From the NCBI GenBank assembly GCA_002633005.1, contig NMRA01000944.1:1-62264 (forward strand): a stretch of 62,264 nucleotides of DNA, given 5' to 3'. Every line of letters starts with the position of its first letter. Positions within the stretch are counted from its first letter, which is position 1. Shown one piece after another: positions 38,318-49,499 of this stretch. The notes under the pieces are model-generated. The model ran no database searches and was not told the DNA's origin. It saw only the letters and a program-made list of their open reading frames with translations. Both the position numbers and the translations under genes were made by a program. Source of the stretch: Phoronis australis. Taxonomy: Eukaryota; Animalia; Phoronida.

Positions 38318-40691
38318 AACCGCAAAGTTAGCTCAATGCAAGATTACAGCGACACCTGTTGTTACTGAATGAAACAGCATCATCGATTCTGAATGGTTAT
38401 TGCCGCGCGAGATTCCCGCTAAAGTTTTCCCAACATGTTATGGAGGAAAAAGTCGCGGCATTTCACCTTTTCAATTTTTTTATAATTGTGACCAATTGAC
38501 CATTTTTCTACGAAAATTGTTTGAAGTGAAACCCTTTTCACGAATTTGTAGCTCAAAAACAACCTCCACTTTTTCGCGGATTCTTGCTAGCAGTTGCGTA
38601 CCAGGAACACCGTAGGATCGAGTTCAAACCTTTGGAACCGTAACTCAGGCAGGGGATAGACTGGTCTCAGTCAATTTGAACTTATGAAAAGCAACCATGA
38701 CAACGTTTTCCCGTTCAGCGACTTAATCATACGAAGGTGGTGGTGAGCGTGTGATAACATCTCGCTTCTTTGTTAACTGCCAAGCACTTTTGTCTGTTAT
38801 GACAACAGGCAGAACAATTATCGACCAGGCTTATTACAGACCACGTGTGAATACAGTCAAACCCAGAGTGAATTGGTGTATTCGGAAAGATTAGATTGTC
38901 GTAACTTCGGTTGCAATTGGGCGATTTTGGCGATTCAAAAACTAAACATGATCACTATTTGACGAAGATTTCAGAAATGCTATTAATTTATGATCAAATA
39001 TGTTATAACTAAACTTTTATTTTTACCAGCACAGCCCAGTCAGGGTAATACGATCTTATTGGAGATAAAAGCGACTATCGAACAAAAGAGAGATAGCCCT
39101 CCAACCATGAATGCCAGAATGGTGTTAACCAGTCGTGTAAGATATTGGCTACAGGGGTAAACTTTCAAACTTGTTGTTGGGCTATAGAATCGAACAAGTT
39201 TGGAGCGACGGCAAAACGCCGTAATGGACAATCTGCAGGAGTCGGTAGATTATTTCAGTTTTTTTACCGCAAGGTGACTCCTTCCATTCAACATGGCGGG
39301 GTTACTACCGACTACCGGTAAATAGTGCGAGCAGAAATTTTACGATAAAATATTAAGGAGCGAGGTATGGAAAATCCGTTGTATTTTTAGAAAGATAACG
39401 TAGCAAGGAGTCGAAAAATACCAAAATCATATGAGTAAGTCAATGTCGTCATATTGTAAACATTTACCGCTTTTTAAGTGATAGGTTTAAGTGTGGAATG
39501 TATTTTTGACGAGGTGAAAACTCCAAATCAGTGGCCGGATTTGCCCTACCGCCCGTTTAAAATGTATAGGACGGAAGCGATGGGAAGTATTGCAGCCCTT
39601 AACCGGCCAACCGAGGGGCTACGTGTTGCTTAGGCAGACGGTAGCCCCTAATTACTAGTCTGCCTCACTGGAAAACCGTTGCATGTAAACCGGTGGAGTT
39701 TCCCAATCTTGACTGGTGAGGGTGTCCGTAATGTTGGATATTCTATTCATGCGGATTTCGATAAATTCTCGTTGGATATTTCTGATTTTACAGTATGATC
39801 ATAGCGATCTCTTATCTAGTACAAGTTATTTCAAAGTTTTAGAATAAGATAATGAACTTCCCTAAATATTTTAAAACTGGAGTGGATCTAAGACTAGCCA
39901 TAACGTAACCAATTTATCAGTCCTAAAAATCACAGTGACTTTACTTTCAGCATAAAAGAAAGAGTCCACTGGGTTTTATCGCCATGTCAATGTGCTGACC
40001 TACACATTGATATTAGATTCTAAGTGCATATCATATTCTAGCTCGTCACACTGTTGTGGTCAACATAACAACTGCCAGGGCTGGGGAACATCAATCTGTA
40101 GAGAACTTTCACCTCTACTCAGAAACTTATACTTAAAGTTAAAACTACTTTGCATCCAAAAAGAAAAAAGAAAAATAAAGAATTACTTTAGTTTAGATAG
40201 TGGGTTTGTTTCCATTTTTTTAAATTGTCTTTAGTCAAAAAGCCCACATTTGATGATAAAAAGTAAGATATTTGGCATGCCACTGTAAAAGAAACTGGAT
40301 ATTGTATATTCTCTATATATCAAAAGCAAATGAATGTAATTTGTTGGGGATTGAATGCTACAACAAAATTATATTATCCCAATAAGCATAGTTGAAGAAA
40401 AAATGGAGTAGTTGACGAACGGCAACCTTCAATTTAACATAGGCAAAACTACTGTGTGTTGTTCTAAATATATATTTTATGTTTTCCCATGTCAAATGAT
40501 GTTTTGTGGATTTCGCAAGCTATTGTTTAAATCCCGATATCTATGCCATAGGTGTAATACAGCTGACTGGTAAGTGATAAAACTTGCATGGAAATGATCT
40601 GTATATATGTGCACTTTTTTATCCAAGCGCAATAGAAATGATCCTTTTTGCCTTGCCCCAGCTCCGTGCTTAGACATATATAGTTGGCACA

Positions 40692-40835
40692 GGAGCGAAG
40701 TATTGCGTCCGGGTTCTGTGCGTCCCAGGTTCTTTGTGTTCTCTGCTCTATGTATTCCGGGTCGTGGGTTCTATGTAATCGGGGTTCTGATGTGTCCAGG
40801 GTTCGATATGTCCCGGTCTTTTTGTGACTTACTCC
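40692..40835. repeat. Small GGAG...CTCC element with ~16-17-bp internal tandem repeats (MuDR-like MITE relic)
   Basis: Repeated (a)tgtgtcc(a)gggttc(t) motifs between GGAGCGA and TTACTCC; no convincing TSD. Confidence 0.4.
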
Positions 40836-41859
40836 AGGTGCTCAGCAATTGCCATTTTAGGTTGACATGAGAATTTTTTGATGCGAATTAATGAAGTTAC
40901 CATTTTCAGCTATGTTAGGGTAGCTCATTTTCGGTCGTTAATTATAAGCACCACTCTTATTGCTTAGTGAAATCTGGGAGTAATTAGTCCTAGGTGAAAA
41001 GAAATTTCTCCAACTCTGTTGATTTGTCATCAAATGCCTTTTGTTCATTTTATTTATCAGTTTGTCTCGAGATTCAGCAAAGTTGTGCATTGAATCACAA
41101 CAAGAAATAAGGCCAGCGGCCGCACTGTATTTACTAATATTACTATCGCACATTGTTTGTTTGATCAGGAGTGTCCTTAACCTGGGATTAATATACATTT
41201 GATATTGGTCCTAGCCTTAACACAAAGCTTCATTGGAAATAGTTTGTTGAATCGTGACCGAAATGGCAGGGAATTTGAGCAAAAGTAACATAACCGCAAT
41301 GTTGATTGTCAAAAAGTCCAGCAAAGCTAGGGGGATTACATTAGAAATTCAACGACTTAATCAGTTTATGGAAACTAAGGTATAATGGCATACTACACAC
41401 AATATTTCTTTATTCAGCACTCTCAGGTCACCACAAACTTTTGGATGATATGCTTCACCCAAGTGTCACATTGCTTTCGTTTATCATGCTTCAATGTCAC
41501 ATTGGCTAAGGGGCAAGTTTTACTCAAAAACTGATCTAGGTGCATTTGCCACCTCAATGCTTATCGTAGGCCATCAGCTGTAGCTAAGTTCAAACCAGCA
41601 AAAGCTCTTTTCATTAATGTAAATGTTATGTAATCAGTACCCTACACAAAGATCTTCATCTGCAGTGTAGCAGGCTTGTTATCAGATCAGGTTATGTAAT
41701 ATACAGCAAATTAGCACAGGGAAGCTGTGAGTGTGATTTGGGGGTTTCTGAAAGTAGGGCCATGACCCTGTTGGTAGAGAGAAAGTGAGGTGGTTTTGGA
41801 CCACTGAATGTTAAATATTTCACTTTTTTATCCAAAATTCATCAATTTTCGTATCTCTC

Positions 41860-42096
41860 CAGGATTTTGAGTTGGGGGTGCAGGTCTCAGGAATCATCTC
41901 AAGTGCGCGAAGAGCCTAAAATGTAGGGATATAGGGGGTTTTGGGTTTGTGTACCTTATTACTCAAAATGGGATTTGTTCAAGGCCTAAGCATTCTGCAT
42001 TCCCCCCCTGAGCCCCCCTGGCTGCCCGCATATGCTAGTCAGCAATTCGCACCCCGAACTGCCAAATGAAATGTGGGAAAAATTTAGGGGGGGCAT
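41860..42096 (+). mobile_element. hAT-like MITE, long variant, copy F (inverted homologue of 55362-55675)
   Basis: ccaggattttgagttggggg..agcctaaaatgtagggat..cccccctgg..ttcgcaccccgaactgccaaatg..aatttagggggggcatg matches the 55.4-kb copy. Confidence 0.75.
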
Positions 42097-42759
42097 GAAT
42101 TTCCGAGATGTGATCTGGGGCGTGCGCGTATGTGTACAAAACACGTGATTGTTATGTTCCTGAAGTACGAAAATTAAGAAGGCTTTAGCATGCCGTTATT
42201 ATTGACACGGACACGATAAAACGAATTTGGATTTTGACTATAGTCTTGATACAGCGAGCTGGCTGACCTCTGCGTCTCTGTCTCCGTTAGACCCAGGAAT
42301 TTCACACAGCCCGGGTAGTTCACCTCGTCCCCAACATGTAGATCGAGCCTTGGACTATTAATACTCTACGGCAGAGCTAACGACAGTCGGCCTGTGCACA
42401 CAAAATCTGTGAGTTAACCCCTCCCGTGTAAGACAGCTTTGTTCTTGTAGCCAAACAGTGAAATTTCCATGCATCCTGGTACGTTTCTGGCACTTAACAT
42501 GTCCCTGGAGTTTTTCTTAAGATAATTAAAAACCCTTCTCGATTTCGTCACATGAACTTGGCTCATAAGTTTCGTGAAGCCATATTTGTGCACATCTAGG
42601 TATGAGTCACACTACCGGCAAAAATTTTTTGTTGGAACATCTGCTTACACACACCTCTTTAGCATACGAAAAAGTGTGGTGTGTATACAGGGGTTTAGAA
42701 AACTACCAAACACTGAAGACCATAAGGATCACCGACGGGGCGTAAAAACTTGAATATCA

Positions 42760-44400
42760 GATGATCGCAACAGCCTCAGGCTGTTTAAGAACGAAGACCT
42801 GTACTGTTAGCCCGGAAATAAACATGTGTTCTGTCTCTTTACGAGAAAAACTGGCGAACGATGGTGCTCTCAGCTCATAGCCTATTACTAAAAGCAACAA
42901 TAAACAATTAACTATCATTTCATTAAGCTGAATCACGTTGACAACAATTGAAAAACGTCAAATGTATCAGGAAACAAATCATCTGAAAACAGTTTCACGA
43001 AACCAAAACACTCTGTAGGCCTAAACCGTGGTGAAAAGATATACAGGAGCAGTTCGTAGAGGGACCAGATGTACACTGAGAGTACACAAAAACTCTGGCC
43101 TGGTCCGTTACGAGACCAAAAGTACACCTGTGCTTATTATCCCTATAAAAATAGTCGATCTGTCGCGGGACCAAACAGTACTGGCTGAGATAAATAGATT
43201 TACAAAGCACACCTTGGTAAAAAACATCACAATACTAGTTCGCCGAGGGACTGAAACTGGATATTTACACAAATCAAGCTGGCCTGGTCCGTCTTGAGAC
43301 CTAAAGCGTACTTTGCAAAACAAGTTGAATTGAAACTTCTCTCTAGACACGTTTAATCCCCTGTGTTTGCTCATACGTGTAGTTTACACATCTGCTGGTC
43401 AACTGCTGAGAGAGGTTGTCAAGGAAGGGTTTTCGCACCGTTCTGTAGTACTCACTGGAAGAAACAAGTATTGAGTACAGATTTAACAACGCACTACGTG
43501 AAATAAGATTTTGGATATGAAGCAGATAGACTCATGTGGAAATATAAACCAGAAACAGTTTTTGTGCGCTCGTAGACCCTCTGGTGTACTGGGTAGATTT
43601 GGCATGTCTAAAAATAATTTCTCTTTCGTTTTCATTGTACACAAGCACAAAAAACCGACATTATACCAAACTGTGAATAATTATAACTTACTGCCAGGGT
43701 GTTTCTCCAGGAACGTTGGTCCTATCTTCCTGCTGTCTAGACTGCCTAGGAATCTGTATATCGGATCCAATGGTTTGCTTGTCTTAGAACCATTCTACCC
43801 AGACACCTTCGACGTTTGTTCCCAACGCTTGCACTTCGTCAACTGTTGTGTCAATAAGCTTGTCCACCTCTACAATGCAGCATCTCGTTTCGCAGCTCAG
43901 TTGGCACTAAGCCCCCTGAAGTTACCAAGTCCATTCAAAAGACTTACAACATGCGCAACTAAATTCGTTCCGTACATCATGGACTACTTCAAACCTTGAC
44001 GATGTATCTCAGGACTCATTTGCATCTCTTGCAATTTTCGAAATAAACGTCCCAATGTGTGAACGCTTGAAACCCAAAGTACTAACATCAAATAAATGCC
44101 CATGGGCATGGGCGTTTCGGCAGGTGGGCCTTTCTGCGGAAATTCCCAGTATAGAAAGCCTCAGTTGTGCTTATTGCAGGTAGATAGATGGTAGGTGTTA
44201 AGGTCGGCACTAGGGCTCCTTAGAAGGCTCATTGAACATCGCACGAGTCCTGCAAGACTTTGTTGTGAAAATACAGCCTCCCCGCAATTTCTGGTACTGT
44301 ACTGTTCGTGAATGCGGTCATTTTGTTAATGCGAGTGCCCCTTGGTCATTCCTTGTATAGACATAACTTGTTAGAGTGCCATTATCTTCAAACAGACTCG
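42760..44400 (-). pseudogene. Decayed hAT transposase (ZMYM1/THAP12-like subgroup)
   Basis: Minus-strand relics GLK*SMM..LVAHVVS..LGNFRGL..IVEVDKLIDTT, SEYYRTVRKPFLDNLSQQLTSR (cf. EYYR..PFLDxLxxQLxxRF), LFPDTFDVFQLL, and a degenerate dimerisation-domain tail. Confidence 0.65.
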
Positions 44401-44559
44401 CGACAAGACCACGGTGCCCGTCACAATAGCAATTCTTCGTAAAAAGAGTTTCTTTTAAGTATTACATGTACATGTACACTGTATGATATTGCGCAAGACA
44501 ACTCTTCCATGCAGCATTATTTACCTGGTCTTGGCTAATTATCATTTTATGGCCTGGTC

Positions 44560-45112
44560 ATCCATTCAGCCAAAATTTGGTCCATAGGTTGCATATCAGC
44601 CAATTATACACGCATGCTGACTCTCAATAGAAGCCTGATAAGAGTGAAGGTGGATACATACAGTGTTCCTATAGTGCCATGTTGTAGTGGATTTGTTCAG
44701 GACATGACTTTAACCAAGTAAAAGTATAAAGTGTCTGAAATAAGGCTGTAGAATTTGGTGTTTGGTTTAATGACTTGACACCTTTTATTCTTTGATTGAC
44801 ATGCCCGTATCAGTTTCATTGAAATTAAGCTACNAATTATCCATTCAGCCAAAATTTGGTCCATAGGTTGCATATCAGCCAATTATACACGCATGCTGAC
44901 TCTCAATAGAAGCCTGATAAGAGTGAAGGTGGATACATACAGTGTTCCTATAGTGCCATGTTGTAGTGGATTTGTTCAGGACATGACTTTAACCAAGTAA
45001 AAGTATAAAGTGTCTGAAATAAGGCTGTAGAATTTGGTGTTTGGTTTAATGACTTGACACCTTTTATTCTTTGATTGACATGCCCGTATCAGTTTCATTG
45101 AAATTAAGCTAC
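44560..45112 (+). other. Essentially perfect 274-bp duplication on either side of an N (44834), probably a haplotype/contig overlap
   Basis: 44560-44833 matches 44839-45112. The AATTAT after the N matches 44537-44542 with a 19-bp indel. Confidence 0.88.
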
Positions 45113-47166
45113 ACGAAGGGTACGTTCTTAGGGAAACGTGGAATCATTCACAACACCAAACTTTGCTTGATATAAATGCAAGATGAGCTCTCAAAAATGT
45201 TGTTAACATTTTTTTAGTTATCACTTCATTTTTGCTTTGTGCAACTTGTTGAAAAATCATATCTAGGTGTAACAACATCCCTAAAAATTGTTAATTTTTG
45301 TAAAATTTCAAAAATAAACCACAAATACATACCTAACCATAGAAAGCTCTGAATTTATTGCTCCTTGTTTTAAGATTTTTCTCTCAATCGTTTTAATTAT
45401 ACCTGTATTCCACTTTATTTCAATTTTCAATGGACCCTACTCTTCAACACCCTTGCTGATCTAAAACATGATATCAACAATATTATTATTAAAACCATTT
45501 CACAAATTCTTGTGATCTGCTCTTGCAACTCAACAGAATTTGCAACCTAATTCCAGTATTGCCTTGAGTCAAAGGGAGGTTTAGTTCTTTTAATATTCTC
45601 TTAAGCTATTGTAAACAAATCTGAGGTGACACAATAAGATAATTTCAACCAGGCATGGGTCAGTCCGTTGTTATAACCACCATTTGTTACTTATGTTGAA
45701 ATGCTTAACCTGCTAGGTTGTGTTTGAATAATGCCTGCCTGAGTAACACAAGGGGCAACTTTTACAATCAAACTTTTGATCTATCTATGAGGCCATCATT
45801 ATACTTGGAGTTATGACTCAGATTTCCATGGTGTTTTGCTACCATAATCATTATGTCCACTTAGAATTTGATTTATAGGTCACGTGAGTTCTGAAGCGGT
45901 AAACGTGAGTACTTTTACGCTTAAAATTTCCACTCGTAATATTTTGTTTGTAATTTTGCGCTGGTGTTTTTGGCTTGCAATTTTACACTCCTATTTTGCG
46001 CATGTTATGTAGGGTTAGGTACAACGAAGCACATGAATACAAAGAGTTTAAAATATCAAATACTGACTGATTTTTTACCCCAGTCTAGGTCGTAATTATG
46101 CTCAAAATTATGAGCGAACAATTTTTGTTTTGGTCGTAATTACAAGTGAACAATTCTAATCGCAAAGTCAACTCGTTGTGTATACGTACACCACAGATCA
46201 TGTATTTTTGTCCGACTGCGGGTTGCCAATGAGTCGATGGCGGGTCGTCAAAATAGCCAAACAATTGGCCAATTTTTAACTGACGTCCATGCTGAGCGTA
46301 CATCAGCCAATCCAGTTGTACGGTGGTTTTCTGCTATTTTTAGGCCAGAGTTCAGTTGCTTAAGGGGTTGTCGTGCTGTCCTCACCTTTGCACTGGGAGA
46401 GTCTGCGCACAGGATGAAATAAATTAACCTAGTTTATTTAATATCTGACTGCTATACATGTACAAGTTCACATTGGTTGGATAGCACATGAAAGTTTAAG
46501 GTGAACGGTAACCGTAGGCAACATAATGGATATTGCAACCTGCTTTGAAGACAATATGTAAAAGTTTTCCCAATATTCGCGTTCCATTCAATACAACACC
46601 ATGTTCAATTTGAAAAAAACTTTTAACGAAGTGTCCATTCGAATATTTTGTTTGTGTTAGGCAGAATTGCTGCTGCATTCTTAAAGTTTTGCTTTAGCAC
46701 ATATACGCGTAGCAATCACGTAAACATGCCCCCCGCACCTGGGATTCGTATAACTATTATAAAGTATAACACTTGTAGACATCAAATTTTGTCAACCGAA
46801 TTTCACTAGACCTTAACTGCATCAATCTGAGGTTAACCAGATACAAGTGAAAAAGGCATGAAAAAGAACAACCCGTGAGGTAAACAGTGAAACCTAGCCG
46901 AAAGCAATATTGAAATCTCTTTGCATGCAATTATTACATGTCAAGTCGCAAAATACATAACCCAACCAATAACAAAGTACAAACAATTTTCAACATGAAC
47001 GTTCAGTGTGGCAGTACTTAAAATAGCGACTGATTCATATCTAGCCAAATTTCTTCTGGTTTGCTGTAATGGGGCGTAGGCTCACGTAGGCGCAACTAAC
47101 CACCTTTTTGCCTTTCAATGTAGCGCCTATCCTCCGTAAGTTACGGTATACATGTAGTCTCAAATC

Positions 47167-47856
47167 TCACTCACGAACACTCCAAAGGCATTACAAATTG
47201 CATCTAATGAAACAGACTTTGTTTCAGTTTTATATTGGTTAGAGTGAAAATAGGTCTAATTCATTTTGAAAGAGATCGCTCAGTAATAAACGCGAACACG
47301 GCAACTCGCAATCCCGACTTAGGACAAGCTAGAGCTCATCAGTCCCGACTTCGCAGGTGGATCGTTAAGTGGTACAGGCAATCAATTCGAACAGGAATAC
47401 AGTGATGAAGAAATACTAGAGAGGCGCCGTGAACAAGCTCAGACAACGGAACGCATGGAGTCATTTGGTAAGCCAGCATTCGTCAGGCACTGTCGACGTC
47501 TGCAGGCCACAGACACGGAGATATTTCACGGCCTCATACTTGCTATTTACAGCGTACATTTCATTCTTTACTACCATGAGCCACTTCCTAAGCATTTCGG
47601 ACTCTCGAGGAAGTAAAAAACGATGCACTCGCTTTCCTCGAAGCTGCTTAGTTCGGACAAGCGGGAACGATGCACCGCAACATAGCGGCATTCACTCTGC
47701 ATATGAACCACTGACGTCGATAGTGTCGTTTCTCACCTTCTTCACAGGCTAACGAGACACCTCTTGGCAAGGTAAGGTCGACCGTATACGAGGCGATGTG
47801 GATATAGGCCGATTAAGACTTCAAAGAAGACTAATTAAATCGGATGGCATTCTCCT
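47167..47856 (-). mobile_element. Kolobok-like element end with a degenerate THAP ORF (copy 2)
   Basis: Ends TGGCATTCTCCT|TTAA. ORF 47461-47691 reads MPLCCGA..VHRFLLPRE..RKWL..LRVCGL. Inverted copy of 8131-8815. Confidence 0.68.
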
Positions 47857-47961
47857 TTAACTTTCATCCCTGCAATAGAGGTCTGTACATATTGGCACTG
47901 TCTAAAGTATAGATGAGACCAAGAAAGCAATTCAGATTAGGTGTACAAAAATTCACAACTA

Positions 47962-48603
47962 CAGTATTTGCCCTAATAAGCGCCCAAAATTGCCCCCAAT
48001 AAGTTTATACAGACATCCAGCCCATGGACGTGCACACATTTGAAAAATGCATTACCTAGATTTCTTAAATTCTACAGTAACATCTTCAATTTATCAATAA
48101 TATCTGAGAGTCCTGAAAAATCAAAGTGCGCGCCAAATTTCTAGACCACGAGCCTCGCTGCTGTGTCGGTATTTAGCCGTGAATGTACACTTCAAACTTC
48201 TGCAGTGCTTCAAAAAGAATTATTTTTAAAATTTTGCAGATCTCACGAGTCTCGTGTCCCACTATGGTCTGGCTTTTCAGAACAGACATAGTGTACTTGT
48301 CAACGAAAGTGATTCTCGCCATCAGTCGGCGAGTTTTCGCCCTGGGATTTCTCCACAATTTTCTGAAAAAAGATCGTAATTTAATGACGAAGTTTGATAG
48401 CAATGTACCACAATTTTGTGGAAAGTCAATCTGTCATAGGCTACAGATACGTTGCAGAGCATCAATTTGATGAATCCTAGCTTCGGATTTCATCTGTTTC
48501 GGACACTGTATTTCAACACACAGCCTTAGGCTACAATAAGCGCACCCCCTCTCCTGAAACGAATTTTTCTAAACACCCTAGGCGCTTACTAGCGCTAATA
48601 CGG
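47962..48603. mobile_element. Tc1/mariner-pogo-like MITE
   Basis: TA|CAGTATTTGCCCTAATAAGCGCC ... GGCGCTTACTAGCGCTAATACGG are imperfect TIRs; an internal AATAAGCGCACCC repeat lies near 48535. Confidence 0.65.
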
Positions 48604-48979
48604 CGTCTATAAATGAGACCAAGAAAGCAACTTGGGTTTGGTTGACAGAAAGTCATAACTGCTGTATATAGTAGTCCATTAATTTAAAAGCAGCCATTGT
48701 CAACCCCTCCCATTGTTGGATTAGGTTAATTTACCTAATTACTTGGAGAATTATCGTGTCTGCCATCAATTGAAATTTCATCAAGTATGTTGCTCTGAGA
48801 TCAAGTTTTTTTGTTTGCACTCTACATATAGGTTGCACTATTCGTCCAATTGGCACAAGATTCACCTTCAACTTCTAGTCCCCAAAGTGATAGAAGCCTA
48901 AGGTCGTTCATCATGCTCAGATTCAAGATGGCGGACGTGTTGGTTGTTTTCTTTTTGATATCAGATTCAAATGCTAATA

Positions 48980-49200
48980 GAGGCCGCATTTCTATGGGCC
49001 CACATTCCTATATGTGGGTGCAAATTGCCTTCATCTCTGTCTGGGCGTCCGGCGTCCGCAGCTGTATCTCTTGAACCCCTCAAAGTATCTTCACCAAATT
49101 TAACATATGGGTTTATATGAAGATGACGACAGAAGAGGACGAATTTCAGACGGATCTGACTATCCTTGTGCCGCCTAGTGTCATTTTTTTACATTTACCT
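48980..49200 (+). mobile_element. Helentron/HINE-like non-autonomous fragment
   Basis: A short gtcc/gtct microsatellite (gtctgggcgtccggcgtccg) is followed by tatctcttgaacc..atcttcaccaaattt..tttcag, a layout I recall from invertebrate Helentron-associated repeats. Confidence 0.4.
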
Positions 49201-49299
49201 CTGTAACTTTAAAGATCGAAGCTTGGCATATAGGCACCTGTTAGTGGGATGATCCTATATTCCTGTTTTCGGAAGGAGTCAAGGTATTTTGCGGAACCT

Positions 49300-49499
49300 A
49301 AATTAAAATAGGAGGGCCCCGCCCTCCGGCCACCTTCCGGCGAGGCTCCTGCATTAATATAGCGGGCCCCGATCTTCGACCACCTTTCGGAGAGGCCCCT
49401 CCTATATTAATATAGAAAGCCTTTCTTTTGAGGCCCGAAATTCAATTTTTTGCCTATGTCATTTTAATAAGAATAAGTCATTTTAAACAATAAGCTGTT
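49300..49499. mobile_element. Right-end fragment of the TATATTAATATA foldback family
   Basis: Three units, then TTTGAGGCCCGAAATTCAATTTTTTGCCTATGTCATTTTAATAAGAATAAGTCATTTTAAACAATAAGCTGTT, the same TIR as 22850-22917. Confidence 0.88.

Noticed and set aside
43511-43999. 162-aa plus-strand ORF
   Set aside because: It is an antisense shadow of the decayed minus-strand hAT transposase.
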